64,000 nt of DNA from Octopus bimaculoides (Eukaryota): assembly GCF_001194135.2 (NCBI RefSeq), contig NC_069004.1, forward strand, positions 34,191,553-34,255,552, given 5' to 3'. Below are positions 1 through 13,308 of the stretch, piece by piece. Below the pieces are notes generated by a model. That model was not told the origin of the DNA. It made no database searches and saw nothing but the letters and a program-made list of their open reading frames with translations. Position numbers and translations under genes: made by a program. The number at the start of each line of letters is the position of its first letter. Positions within the stretch are counted from its first letter, which is position 1.

Positions 1-24
1 GTGTTTGGAAGTAACAAGAGAGAT

Positions 25-379
25 GAGGGTTCCAGTTGATCCGATCAACGGAACAGCCTACTCGTGAAATTAACGTGCAAGTGGTTGAGCACTCCACAGA
101 CACGTGTACCCTTAACGTAGTTCGCGGGGATATTCAGCGCGACAAAGTGTGACAAGGCTGACCCTTTGAATTACAGGCACAACAGAAACAGGAAGTATGA
201 GTGAGAGAAAGTTGTGGTGGAAGAGTACAGCAGGGTTCGCCACCACCCCCTGCCGGAGCCTCGTGGAGCTTTAGGTGTTTTCGCTCAATAAACACTCACA
301 GCGCCCGGTCTGGGAATCGAAACCACGATCCTATGGCCGCGAGTCCGCTGCTCTAACCACTGGGCCATTGCGCCTCCAC
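25..379 (-). mobile_element. tRNA-derived SINE, family A
   Basis: Minus head gtggaggcgcaaTGGCCCAGTGGttag..GGTTTCGATTCCc (Pol III A and B boxes); tail gttccgttgatcggatcaactggaaccctc; closely similar to 20945-21329. Confidence 0.9.
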
Positions 380-619
380 ATGATGAGAGAAGACACTAGT
401 GAGAACCTGAGTCGTAGTCGACTAATAACATCCACAGCCGAAGAACAGAGGCCATTACAGTAGGGGTACGGAAGGTAGAATGGTGAGGGAGGGAGAGAGA
501 AAGAGAGAGAGAGAATGCTTTGGGGCGAATAGTTAGAGCAATTTCCTTTAAAATTGTATGACCATCAATCGAGTGGCCCTTCTCTGATGCCGTCTCCGGT
601 GCAGATACAGCGTACGGCC

Positions 620-805
620 TTTCGCATCATCATCGACATTGTCGTCTCCTTCATTATCGTCATGTTCAGCATTGACATCACCATCCTCATCATTGACATC
701 ATGCTCATCATCATCATCATCATCATCCACGTAATCGATATTGACGTCATTAACATCATCATCATTACAGTGTTATGAAGATGCCCATAACCACCACGAC
801 AATCT

Positions 806-869
<64 letters not shown>

Positions 870-885
870 GCTGCTGCTGCTGAGC
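620..885. repeat. Degenerate (ATC)n, then (TAC)n and (TGC)n trinucleotide microsatellites
   Basis: Direct reading. Confidence 0.9.
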
Positions 886-1445
886 TACAAGAGATAGGCA
901 ATATCGTTTAAAGAACAGTTTGATGTTTTAATAATCCTTTCATTTACTTTTGTTCAATATTTTTTTTTTCTCTTTTAAAATTTAAAAATTTCTTTTTTTG
1001 TCTTTTTCAAGAAACATTTTCTTTGAAGAAGAAAAAATATTTAACCATCGAGCAGAAAAACTTATCTCAAAAGCTTATGTTCTATAGCATGTGTATATAC
1101 GTGTATGGATGTGTGTTTATGTACGTGTATACATACATATATATATACATTTATATATATTTATACACATATATGCCTCTATAAAGGTACATATAAGTGT
1201 TTATAAATATGTGTGTGTAAATATGTATGCATATATGATGTGTGCATATGTGTGTGCGTGTGTTATGTGTGCGTGTATATAAATATATTTATACACGCAC
1301 ATTTACGTTTACAACAAACACACATTCTTACACACGTGCCTACCTGTCTGTATAAATGTACGTGTGCCTGTGTTTAGAATTTAGATATATACTTCTGCAT
1401 GAATGTAACTAAACACACACAAATGATTATATATATATATATATA

Positions 1446-1483
<38 letters not shown>

Positions 1484-1604
1484 CGTACACACATATGTAT
1501 ATATACATATATGCATATATTTATATGTATATATATATGTATGAATATATACACACTCATATATACATACATACACAAATAAGTAGACATATATATATAC
1601 ACAT

Positions 1605-1915
1605 GTGAAGGCGCGTGGCTCAGTGGTTAGGGTATTCGACTCACGATCGTAAGGTCGTGAGTTCAATTTCCGTCGATGCGTTATGTCCTTGAGCAAGACA
1701 ATTAACTTCATGTTGCTCCAGTTCACTCAGCTAACAAGCTGTAATTAAAAGGGAGCCAGCCTTGTCACATTCTGTGTCACGCTGAATCTCCCTAAGAACT
1801 ATATTAAGGGTATTTATGTCTGTGGAGTACTCGACCACGTGCAAGTTAATTTCGCAAGAAGCCTGTTCTGTTGATCGGATCAACTGAAATCCTTGTCAAT
1901 ACCGACGGAATGCCA
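1605..1915 (+). mobile_element. tRNA-derived SINE, family A
   Basis: gtgaaggcgcgTGGCTCAGTGGttagg..GAGTTCAATTTCc; tail ctgttgatcggatcaactgaaatcc..accgacggaatgcca. Confidence 0.85.
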
Positions 1916-1967
1916 GTGCTATACACACACATTTTTACATACAAGCATATACACACACAAATAAGTG

Positions 1968-1999
<32 letters not shown>

Positions 2000-2169
2000 C
2001 ACACACACACACATACACATATATTAATACATACATACACACAGAGGCACAATTTCAACTCAGTCATTTTGGTGTGTACGCTAAGCGCTATATGGAACTC
2101 GAAGCTGTATTACTCACAACCACTCCGTCACTAAAGCACACCAGAATACAACCACCAAGCGTTACCCTG

Positions 2170-2230
2170 CGCCAAGGCACAGACTCTTCGCCAAGGCACA
2201 GACTCTTCGCCAAGGCACAGACTCTTCGCC
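2170..2230 (+). repeat. 19-bp tandem repeat, three perfect copies plus 4 nt
   Basis: (cgccaaggcacagactctt)3 cgcc. Confidence 0.95.
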
Positions 2231-2609
2231 GTAACGATACTAAGAATACTATTGTAGCATCCTTTGAAATAAAAGCAACTGCAGGAAATTTCTATCTATC
2301 CAGGCTGTGTGTGTCTATATGAATATGCACACACAGAGACACTCACACAGAGATAGATACGTATCCATATATGACCTTGTATACATAAGAACACATATGC
2401 CTATAATTTTGTAGATGCATGTATCTCGATGTGTGTGTGTGTATTTATACATAACTATAAATACATGAGTATATATTTATATATATATGTGTATTTTTAT
2501 GAATATATGAATACAAATATACATATATATACATGTATCGATGTGTGTGTGTGTGTGTGTGTGCTTAGATAAGCATTACTACTCACGCCTATATATGTGT
2601 GTCTAGATT

Positions 2610-2648
<39 letters not shown>

Positions 2649-3202
2649 GTATGTATGTATGTATACATAAAACCATATGTATGTATATATGAACGTATTA
2701 GAAAGACGAAAAATACACAAGTAACGATAATGTTTGGAATAGAATATTTTTTCATACAAGAAAAATAATGATGAAACATTAATCTACAAAATTATTGCAA
2801 AAAGAATTAAAATACATTTTTAAAAAATCAACCGAATGAATAATTTTGATAAACAGCCGTTTAAAGAAAAAAATACAAATGAGACAAAATTAATTTCAAA
2901 CACTTAAGTGTGTCGGCCTTCTTGGTCGTTAATTCATATGACAAAAATATATATAATTTAGTTTCTTTACAGCCGTATCTGATTATGTATGCCTGCTTTG
3001 TCTTCTATCGAATGTGTATATACGTGTGCCTCTGTATATATATATAATGTGTGTGTGTCTTTTATATAGACAGATTGGCTGGTGATGTCTTCTTCTCTCT
3101 GTTTCTCGTCTTTTCCCTCTTCTCTTAGACTCGACTTTCTTTCTAACTCCCCCACCCACCATTTTATCTGCTTGGGCCATTCATGTATGTGGGTGTGTTT
3201 AT

Positions 3203-3420
3203 ATTCTTTTGCTTGTTTCAGTCAACTGACTGCGACAATGCTGGAGCACCGCCTTGAAGGGTTTTAGTCGAGGTAATCAACGCCAGGACTTACCCCCGTT
3301 AAGGCCTAGTACTTATTCTATCTGACTCTTTTGTCGAACCGATAAGTTACGGGGACATAAACACACCAACACTAGTTATCATCAGTGGTGGGGGGGGGAC
3401 AAACACACACAAAGACACGC
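3203..3420 (-). mobile_element. SINE family C, 3' half
   Basis: cttgtttcagtc..gctggagcaccgcc..gtacttattctatc..gaaccgataagttacgggga. Confidence 0.8.
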
Positions 3421-3431
3421 TCATAAATACC

Positions 3432-3486
<55 letters not shown>

Positions 3487-4255
3487 GTATGTATATGAAC
3501 TCGAAACTCCCGGTCATATTGTGGCGCATTATGTCAATTCTATTGAGTGTCCTCAAACCAATTTTTACATTTTGGCTTTCTTACGTAGTCTTGGGGCCAC
3601 ACTTTTTGTGGAGAAAGTCGTATAACGACCATCATATTGACCCAGTACTTCACTGATAATTTACTTTATCGACATAAAATATATGAAAGAGAAAGTAAAC
3701 GGCATGAAACGCTAGAAAAAATACCGCAAGATCTATTGTCCGACACTCCACCGATTATAGTAAATCCATCGCTTTAAAATGATGACAGTAATGAAAATGA
3801 AATTCTTTAGATTTATTCGACTTTTGTCATTGATTTCGAGAGTGTATTGTATGTTCTTCTATCTGGTTGCTGGTGTTTTGCTATCTGTGTCGAAACTGCG
3901 GTCAATTTGGATTGAAAGATAACATCTTAATTTAAGATTTCTTGGCTGAAGTTATTAAATATTGTAAGAAAGATTGCTCAGTGACGGTGAAGTAGGAGAA
4001 GATAGCGTAAATGTCTATAAAGGAATATTTGTGAACAGACCTATGCATGTATATGTGTGCGTCCCTGCGTGTGTGTGTGTGTATGTGTGTTCTATAAAAG
4101 CTTAGAAGAGCGAGTGTGAGCCTGTACATACGTATGTTGATTGTATAGTGTGTGTGTATATATAAATATATGTATATAACTTATAATACGTTCACGCACA
4201 CACATCCATGCACATAGTGTGTATATGATCTAAACGAGTGCATTGTCTGTGTGCA

Positions 4256-4310
<55 letters not shown>

Positions 4311-4479
4311 GTGGATAGATATATATAATGTTGGAACGTGTGTGATGTATGTTAGTGCAAAATTTACGAAGATGGCGAATAAGTAATGAAAATATTTCAG
4401 TTTTCCTTTTTATATTGGAACGCTGTCAAAATCCCTTTTAGTCTCTAACTTTTCTTATTTGGAATGCTTCTATTAAAGA

Positions 4480-4790
4480 TTGGAGGGCACGCTACGAAAA
4501 GATCCGTTAAGATGTTAACGGTGGCCATATTGCTGCTAGAATTACTGTCCAGAAGCAAAGCTTATGGCAAATCCATTTCAGTCTCTGAAATCTTCTATTA
4601 AGTTACTTGGTTCAAGATGATTCAATCTGGACATTATCTCGGTGCCGATTGTTCCTGTGGTGTTTGGGGTACGCTCATAAATAGAACCAGCTTTCTGTTT
4701 CATTCTCTAAGGTGTTCTCTTTTTCTTTGGGAAGGGTAACACGTTATGCTACTGGGTTAAAGCAGTGTGTTGTGAATTACATGCTTGTGT
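4480..4790 (+). mobile_element. Very old R4/Dong-like C-terminal fragment
   Basis: Remnants ISVPIVPVVFG and VMLLG*SSVL*, with many stops. Confidence 0.3.
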
Positions 4791-5144
4791 ATATGTGTGT
4801 GTATATGCATAATGTGGATGCAAATGTATGCCATACGCATAATATACTTATACGCACACATAGATATTTGTCTATCTCTCTCACTCTCTGCCTGTCTCTC
4901 TATCTGCTTGCCTGTCTGCCGGTCCATCTGCCTGCTTGCCTGTCTGTCTGCCCGCCCACCCAATTGTCTGCCTACCAGCCTGCGTATCTAAATATCTACC
5001 TGCCTGTTATATATGTATGTGTGTGTGTGTGTATATATATATATATACACAGAGTGGCTCAAAAGTAGGTTTACAGTTGTCTTGTAGGCACTTTAAATTT
5101 CTTTTAAACCATTTTATTACATTTAAATTTCTATCTTACAACCA

Positions 5145-5535
5145 TATTGTGTGGTAAGTTTGCTTCCCAACCGTAAGGTCTCGTGTTCAGTCGCACCCTG
5201 TGGGTTCTAAGTCAAGTGTCTTCTGTTTTTGTCTCCGGGTCGACCAAAGCCTTATGAGTGAATTTGGTTGGCAGAATCTGAAAGAAACCCATCGTGTGTG
5301 TGTGAGAGTGAGTGTGAGAGAGAGAGAGAGAAAGATAGAAAGAGATCCACTACAGCTTGGAAACTGGTGCTGGTTACGTACGTGCTCTTAAACTAGCGAT
5401 TCGCATAAGCGACCGATAGAATAAGTGTGAGACTAAAATCTAAAAAGAAACGAACACTGAAGTCAATTTGTGTAAATCTTTTAAAGCACTGCTCCAGCAT
5501 GACCGCAGTCAAATGGCTGGAGAGATTAAAAAATT
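5145..5535 (+). mobile_element. SINE family C with an internal microsatellite
   Basis: gtgtggtaagtttgcttcccaacc..gaccaaagcctt..ctgaaagaaaccc..gaccgatagaataag..ctccagcatgaccgcagtc. Confidence 0.8.
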
Positions 5536-5638
5536 ATAGATAAGATACATTCAATAAATTTTAAAAATATAAAATTTTTTTATTTCATCATAAAATCAGA
5601 TTATGATATTATCAACGCTCAAATAGTGTATGTGTATG

Positions 5639-5681
<43 letters not shown>

Positions 5682-5997
5682 ACAGTATGAAAGAGGCAAA
5701 TGAAAGAGGTTCTGTGTTGTGGTTCTAGAATTCTTTTTTTGTGATAGACAATAATAACGGTAGAATAGTTCCTGTAATTATCGATATGTTGGCAGAAAAG
5801 AGAATCTTGGCGAAAAGAATGTGTTGTCGGCTATCAGTGACATGGAGATATTAACGCTAAAAGGTGTACAATAAAGATAGCCATTAAAAAGGAAAAAAAA
5901 AAAGGAAATATATGTACGTATAAGTGTGAGTGTATGTTTGTATATGTATGCGTGTATATGGTTTTATATGTCTGTTTAAGTGTATACGTGTGTAAGT

Positions 5998-6037
<40 letters not shown>

Positions 6038-6061
6038 CGTTGTGTGTAATGCATCGATCTA

Positions 6062-6104
<43 letters not shown>

Positions 6105-6348
6105 GTATCAATCTAATACATATATGTATATGTGTGTGTGTGCCTGCGTGAGTGCTTTTACTACATAGCTATATTTGCGCGCGTACACACACACACACAC
6201 ACGCGCGCGCGCGCATGAGAGGGCGAGAGCGGGCGTATTCAAGGCTCCTTTTCCAAAATATATACATTCTTTTATTTGAATTTTTCATTTCTTACGTCAG
6301 ATATTCAAAACAAAGAATATAATAAATAAAAAAATTAACAAAAATTAT

Positions 6349-6382
<34 letters not shown>

Positions 6383-7000
6383 AACCTTCACAAAAATCGA
6401 AATTAAACGATAAGAAAATGGTTAAAATGCACTGAAGCAGTGAAATAAGCGGCAAGACAAATCGCTATTTCATTCTTTACCAAAGTAATTCTCCTTTGGC
6501 TTTCTGCTGGTCATACTCGAGGTAAAATTGGAATTAATTATAATGGCTATTTTCCAAGCATATTTATCTTTTGAATTTATTTTTGGTTAAATCAGGCTTT
6601 TTAAAAAAAATTTGTATTTTCGATTAAATATTTGTTTTTTTTTTCCTTTATTTTATTTCCAGTTTATTGTGTTTTAATTTTCTGCTTTTCAATTTCTGGT
6701 CTTTTAATATTTAGTCATTCGCGTTTTATCTAGTTGTTTTTTATTGTTCTTTTTATATTTTCTGTCTGTTTTTGTCGGAGACATACTGGAAATAAAATAT
6801 AAATGTTTGTGTGTGTGTGTGTGTAATATATATCTGTGTGTGTCTGTGTTTTTTGTACGCTCGCTGTAGCGTGCACATATGCATTCATATGCGTTTATGT
6901 GTGTATTTATGAGTATGTACATTTATATGTATACCCCTATATGAATGTGTGTGTATGTATTTGTGTGAATTTATAAATGTGTATGTGTTTGTACGTGTGC

Positions 7001-7047
<47 letters not shown>

Positions 7048-8100
7048 TATTTATCTGTGTGTGCATGAGTGTAAAATTAAAATTATTCCTCCGAATTTCT
7101 CTTAACGACCTTCGAAGTATTGTGATAAACGCATCAATGGAATTGGTTTATAACAAAATATGTAGGAAATATTTGATTATCATAACTAATTTTGATTGGA
7201 ATAGAAACAGAAAAAAAATGCCACTGGATTTCATTCATTAACAAAAATTGCTGTTATTTGAAAAATCTTTTGGGAGGTGAAACCGAAGAAAGGACAAAAT
7301 AGGGAACAAAAATATTTGTCTATAGAAAATGGAAATAAACAGGCATAGAAATGTATGTATATGAATAAAAATGGCAATATATTAAACAAACGTGTATTTG
7401 AACGCAGATGGAAAATTATAGTTAAAATGTAGAAAGGATGGAGCAGGAATAGGTTCTAAGTTTAAAGGGGAGGGAAAAATATAAAAAAAATAAAACATTT
7501 TAATGGCAGGAATTCTCTAAAATGGGGTAAAAAATAATAATAAATTGTAGTGAATTCTTTTCGTTCAAACTTCATTTTTTTTTTATCCTTTAAACTTGTC
7601 AGTTATTACTCTCGCATGCCTTGTACAGTTCAGCTATAATTTCCTATCTGCGCTCACATAATTTATATTATATATATATTCATATACCCGCCTTTCTATA
7701 TTAATTTATTTTTCATTTCTATACACGCTTATTTTGACGCACCAGCCACCCGCCATTTTACTGATCTATCTTCGCAATAAATTTTCAAAAAAGCTGTTAT
7801 TTTGCTTAATGAATATAAAATCCTGTATGTTTATTCTCGCCCCTCCCTGTAAGCGTGTCACGATATTAAAATATTCTAGACATGTTCTATTATATTACAT
7901 ACAATTTCCCCTGTTCCATTGATCATAATATTGTCCGAAGGTCGGAAACTGAGGAAGGTTTTGTGGAGGTTCCGAATTTCAATAGAAACACGTCATAACC
8001 TACAAGATCGAGTACACTTTTCTTTCATATTCTACACACGTAAGTTTTTAAATACACGCACCTTCCTCCACACACACACACATATTTATACTATATATAT

Positions 8101-8109
8101 ATGTATGTA

Positions 8110-8149
<40 letters not shown>

Positions 8150-8340
8150 TTTAGATGACTATGTATGCATATATATGCCTATGTTTGCTATAGCTATATA
8201 TCTCTGTTGGTATGTATCTATATATATATATATATGTATGTATGTATGTATGTGTGTTTAGATGACTATGTATGCATATATATTCCTATGCTTATTATGG
8301 TTATATACCTCTGTGGGTGTCTATATATATATATATATAT
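8101..8340 (+). repeat. About 120-bp local tandem duplication within microsatellite DNA
   Basis: gtgtttagatgactatgtatgcatatata occurs at about 8147 and 8254. Confidence 0.8.
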
Positions 8341-8341
8341 A

Positions 8342-9142
8342 NNNNNNNNNNNNNNNNNNNNNNNNNNNNNNNNNNNNNNNNNNNNNNNNNNNNNNNNNNN
8401 NNNNNNNNNNNNNNNNNNNNNNNNNNNNNNNNNNNNNNNNNNNNNNNNNNNNNNNNNNNNNNNNNNNNNNNNNNNNNNNNNNNNNNNNNNNNNNNNNNNN
8501 NNNNNNNNNNNNNNNNNNNNNNNNNNNNNNNNNNNNNNNNNNNNNNNNNNNNNNNNNNNNNNNNNNNNNNNNNNNNNNNNNNNNNNNNNNNNNNNNNNNN
8601 NNNNNNNNNNNNNNNNNNNNNNNNNNNNNNNNNNNNNNNNNNNNNNNNNNNNNNNNNNNNNNNNNNNNNNNNNNNNNNNNNNNNNNNNNNNNNNNNNNNN
8701 NNNNNNNNNNNNNNNNNNNNNNNNNNNNNNNNNNNNNNNNNNNNNNNNNNNNNNNNNNNNNNNNNNNNNNNNNNNNNNNNNNNNNNNNNNNNNNNNNNNN
8801 NNNNNNNNNNNNNNNNNNNNNNNNNNNNNNNNNNNNNNNNNNNNNNNNNNNNNNNNNNNNNNNNNNNNNNNNNNNNNNNNNNNNNNNNNNNNNNNNNNNN
8901 NNNNNNNNNNNNNNNNNNNNNNNNNNNNNNNNNNNNNNNNNNNNNNNNNNNNNNNNNNNNNNNNNNNNNNNNNNNNNNNNNNNNNNNNNNNNNNNNNNNN
9001 NNNNNNNNNNNNNNNNNNNNNNNNNNNNNNNNNNNNNNNNNNNNNNNNNNNNNNNNNNNNNNNNNNNNNNNNNNNNNNNNNNNNNNNNNNNNNNNNNNNN
9101 NNNNNNNNNNNNNNNNNNNNNNNNNNNNNNNNNNNNNNNNNN
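8342..9142. other. Assembly gap (N run)
   Basis: Run of N. Confidence 0.99.
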
Positions 9143-9786
9143 GGAGAGCAGCTGAGTTGTTTCTATTCCGTTGCAGGCTATATGCCCCTCACACCCATCC
9201 AGCCTCAGCACTGTTACATCGTGGCCCCTTTTTGGAATAAACTCATATTAGATTTGTTTTGTTTGTTCCACTTGCTCCCTGTTTGTAAATTGGTTAATAA
9301 GAATTAGAGAATCGATGGCAAGAAAACGGAAAGAAAGACACAGACAGAGAGAGAGGGGGCGCGGAGACTGGAAGAGTAGTATATAAAATGTTAGGGAGAG
9401 ATTAAATAAAGAGGAGACTGATTAATAACTGGCCGAATCGATCGGGAATGGTTTTGTATCATCAGACAAGCGCTGATAATACAGTTATTCGTAAAGTGTT
9501 AAAGTATCTGCAATGCTTTCATAGCGGAGATACTGAGGTCTCATCGCCTCGGGTCACTTGACCTTACTTGGATACCACATGGGAATATAAGGCAAATGTG
9601 GGGAACAGCATTGCTCTATGCATCCAAAAATATTCGTTTCACATCCATAGAGTTCCTACTTCGATTTCGATCCCGTTGCGTTGCTTCAGATTATTCAGTG
9701 CATTTTGATTGGAATTTAATAGCCACAAGACCCTTTATACATCTCTGTGTCTCATATATATATATATATATATCTCAAACAGTTCG

Positions 9787-9849
9787 ATTCAATTTCCGTG
9801 GTACTTCAAGTTTCGAAGCCTGACAATTGAAGTACCATGGAATTTGAAT
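9787..9849. repeat. Short inverted repeat (23-bp arms, 17-nt loop)
   Basis: attcaatttccgtggtacttcaa / ttgaagtaccatggaatttgaat, 2 differences. Confidence 0.85.
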
Positions 9850-9904
9850 GAAGCTGTTTTGTGCCGTACAAACGTATTGTGTGCCCTTCCTTCGTTTGTC
9901 CGCT

Positions 9905-9979
9905 CGTGTATATATATATATTATGTGTATATATGTGTGTATATGTATATATGTGTGTATATGTGTGTATATGTATATA

Positions 9980-10063
<84 letters not shown>

Positions 10064-10075
10064 CACGTGTGTGCG
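9905..10075. repeat. (TA)n/(TG)n compound microsatellite
   Basis: Direct reading; one of dozens in the window, others include 17230-17348 and 24717-24798. Confidence 0.95.
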
Positions 10076-10103
10076 TGCATTGGAACTTGAATAGGCAAAT
10101 ATG

Positions 10104-10257
10104 AACCAGTGTTTAACTGGTACTTATTCTCTTGATCCCAAAAAGATGAAAGGCAAAGTTGACATCGACGGAATTTGAATTTAGGACATGAAGACGGACA
10201 AAATGTCGCTAAGCATTTCACCCGCTGTCCTAATGATTCTGTCAGCTCACCGCCCTA
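10104..10257 (-). mobile_element. SINE family B
   Basis: actggtacttatt..gatgaaaggcaaagttgac..ggaatttgaa..gattctgtcagctcaccgcc. Confidence 0.8.
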
Positions 10258-10309
10258 ATATTAATAATAATAGTAATAATAATAATAATAATAATTAATA
10301 ATAATACTA

Positions 10310-10523
10310 CTTTCTACTATAGGTACAAATCCTGAAATTTTTGGGGAGGGTACTAATCGATTACATCGACCCTGATGCTTCACTGGTACTTAATTTGTCG
10401 ACCTCGAAAAGATAAAAAGCACAGTCGACCTCTGCGGAATTTGAACCCAGAACGTAGCGACAGGCGAAATGCCGCCAAGCATTTCATCCAGCGTGCTAAC
10501 GATTCTGCCAGCTCACAGCCTTA
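10310..10523 (-). mobile_element. SINE family B, full length
   Basis: ctttctactataggtacaaatcctgaaatt..gattacatcgacc..ggaatttgaacccagaacg..gattctgccagctcac; flanked by (AAT)n. Confidence 0.85.
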
Positions 10524-11442
10524 ACACCATCCACCACCGACACCACAATATGAGGAGTCTCAATAATATTAAAAATTTTGATATTTAAATATAAATACAA
10601 ATTCATGAAGTTTCTGATCGTCTGCATTTTCATTAAATGGGATCAATTATCAAATTGTATTTTCTTTCCTTCTATATTCATTCATCATTCACTTTCTCTC
10701 TCTTCCCCTCTCTTTTTCTGTCCATCTCTCTCTCCCTGTCCCTCTCCCCCCCTGTCCCTCTCCCCACCTCATTTTCTCCTAATTTTTTTCTCTCAATCGC
10801 TTCCTTTGCAACTGTTTTGCTAAATTAACTTAAAATACAGCATATTTTTTCGTTACCTTCTAAAATAGCAAGACAAGGTAGAAAATACATGGAAAGCACA
10901 CACATTCTCTTTAACTTTCTCTCTTTTTCTCTCTTCTCTCCCTCTCTAGCTCTCTCTCTCTCTCTCTCACACAATATTCTCAGACAGAAATATGTGAAAC
11001 CAGTAGCAACAATTATAATTATAAAAACAAAAAATAATACAACAAACAAGGACAAATGCGGCAACAGCAACAACAAAGCAAAAATAAGAGCGAAATAAAA
11101 TACATCAAATAAAGACTTTAACCTAAATTGCAAACAATTAGAATAAATAAAGACGGCGTGTCTCTGTTTCTGTCACTCTGTGTGTGTGTGTGTGTGTGTG
11201 TACACACACACACACGCGGGCACACACACACACACATACGCACGCACACTTGTATACATAAATGCATAGAGACTGGGAAACAAACGTACAGAAGATAAAA
11301 TGTTCCAGAAATAATTATTTATGTTGAGCTTTAATATATCTTTTTTATTCAGATTTCCCACACAACGACTGAATGATTTGACTGAGATGTGCAGAGGTTC
11401 GACCCTGGCTCGGAAATCATAACTCACTAAGGTTTCATTAGC

Positions 11443-11476
<34 letters not shown>

Positions 11477-11481
<5 letters not shown>

Positions 11482-12400
11482 TGTTCATTACAGATGCAAA
11501 AGGCAACACAAATCTTTGAAAAAACTAACTAATGCCAAACTACATACACCACTTCCACCCCCATCAGTTAAAAAATGTGCACGCCCTAACTGTGGTACCT
11601 GCCCCTACCTACTTGAAGGCTCTGAATTTACCTTCAAACAAGGAACGAAGTTTACAATCAAGACCAACTTCTCTTGTTCCTCTGGGAACCTCATTTATGT
11701 CCTCACATGCGCAGGTTGCCAACACAACCATATCCAGACAAGCTTCCCTTTGCATAGAAAAGTAGAAGTCCATAAAGAATAAATAAATCTTCCACAACAC
11801 CGCCAAATTCCATTCAGTGGCCACATAGACTCTTGTGCCAGAAATAAAAACACTAAATTCCTTATATTCCCTTTCTATCAATGTAAAGACAGAATCTCTA
11901 CACAAGAAAGAATCAACAAGGAGAATCTTTTTTTTAGAGAAATTCCAAACACTTCTTAACATACAAACTCTTCGGTGACCATATTCCCTTCTCTCGCCTA
12001 CCCAATGAAATACATATAAATTTACTTCTTGCTTCTCTTAGAACAGACATAAACTTCCTGTTGACAAAGAGTCCAGAACTCCAACTAAAGAATATAAAAC
12101 CCACAGAATTGTCTTCCCTTACCCACAATTCCTGTTTTGACACCACACTTCTTGTTTAACACACAAACTTTCAGCCTTTTTTAAACATAACACTTATCTT
12201 AATTACATGTAACCTAATCTTTCTGACAATTATCTACATGGATTACCATTGAACGTTAAAAGCTCGAAGACAATATAAAGTATTGGTATATTTAATTTTT
12301 CATATATTTCTTATATTTTATTATTTTTTTGTAAAAACATTATTTTCATTTTCCCTCTTCTTGAAAATTTGCCATGCAATGAAAACCGGTTAGAAATCCT
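11477..12400 (+). mobile_element. Penelope-like element 3' end: decayed GIY-YIG endonuclease, 3' UTR and degenerate hammerhead
   Basis: KKCARPNCGTCPYL..FTIKTNFSCSSGNLIYVLTCAGC..LHRKVEVHKE*INLPQHRQIPFSGHIDSC..FLIFPFYQ..RINKENLF is the Cys/His-rich GIY-YIG pattern of Neptune-type PLEs, with a stop codon and the YIG motif lost. Hammerhead relic TTGAAAA-tttgc(cat)gcaat-GAAA-accggt-TA at 12361-12392. Confidence 0.85.
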
Positions 12401-12548
12401 TTTTAATCCTCCTTATACACATCTATATTAAAATATGCTTCCAGTTTAGCATTCTGCCTTATTATTATTATTTTTTTATTTTCCTATTATTTTTCCACGT
12501 GCGGTTAACACAACCCCACAATTTACTGACTTATATATATATCATAAC

Positions 12549-12591
<43 letters not shown>

Positions 12592-13101
12592 ACACAGAAA
12601 ATGCCATGGCCAACAGGAAACGGTGTTTCCTAGGGCTAAATAGCAGTAGCATTCTTCCCTTCCATGGGACTGTCACATTAAGTTGACAACATACCATCAC
12701 TTTATCGTGCTGCTACTGTATAAATATCTTTGAGAGATTTAGAAATATATATAACGTAATAAATTTTCGCGTGCAGATCTGCGTGTGTGTGAAGCGTTGC
12801 TCTCCTAGTTAGGTTCCACAGAAATCCTCCTAATTGGCGATTTTGTTAAGGGGAATCAGTAAAAGCTTTTGCAATGGATTAACAAGATAATCTAATCTTC
12901 AACTTATTAACTTCTATTTCTTTCGATCGTTTTTCTTTGTTCTTCTTTGTCTTTCTCTTTCTATTTGTTTCATTCTTATTTTCAAAGCAATATATTTTGT
13001 CACAATTCCACTTTTTTCTCTACCTTTAGATATTATTCTTATTGGTTCTCTTGTCGTTGCCGTTGTTGATTTGTTGACGGTGTTAATATTATTTTTGTTG
13101 G

Positions 13102-13217
13102 TAAGGTTGCGTGCTGGCGGAATCGGTAGCACGCCGGCCAAAATGCTTAGCAGTATTTCGTCGTTCTTCATGTTCCGAGTTCAAATTCGGCCGAGGTCGA
13201 CGTTGCCTTTCGTCCTT
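13102..13217 (+). mobile_element. SINE family B, 5' part
   Basis: gtgctggcggaatcggtagcacgccgg..gagttcaaattcggccgaggtcgac. Confidence 0.8.
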
Positions 13218-13308
13218 GCTGACTTTGTGTCACAATTTGAAACTAATTATATACTGACGTTTAAGTACGATTCAGTGAATATGGCTAAGCACTAATTTCG
13301 TATATTAA

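Noticed and set aside
300-379. tRNA-like sequences here and at 1605-1680 and 21250-21329
   Set aside because: They have A and B boxes but no complete cloverleaf and continue into shared SINE bodies, so they are SINE heads, not tRNA genes.
2170-2230. Possible CRISPR-like repeat
   Set aside because: The units are directly adjacent with no spacers, in a eukaryotic context.
2895-2945. Palindrome acacttaagtgt with a hammerhead-like layout on the minus strand
   Set aside because: The core is too degenerate (TTAACGA, GACA) and there is no helix I. It may be a very old relic, but I cannot support it.
6440-6525. Signal-peptide-like frame ending at a GT donor
   Set aside because: An in-frame stop lies upstream, with no ATG or acceptor.
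8165-9307. Long ORFs of 150-380 aa here and at 43477-44134, 51271-52303, 53376-53991 and 54534-54845
   Set aside because: They read through N gaps (poly-X) and are artefacts.
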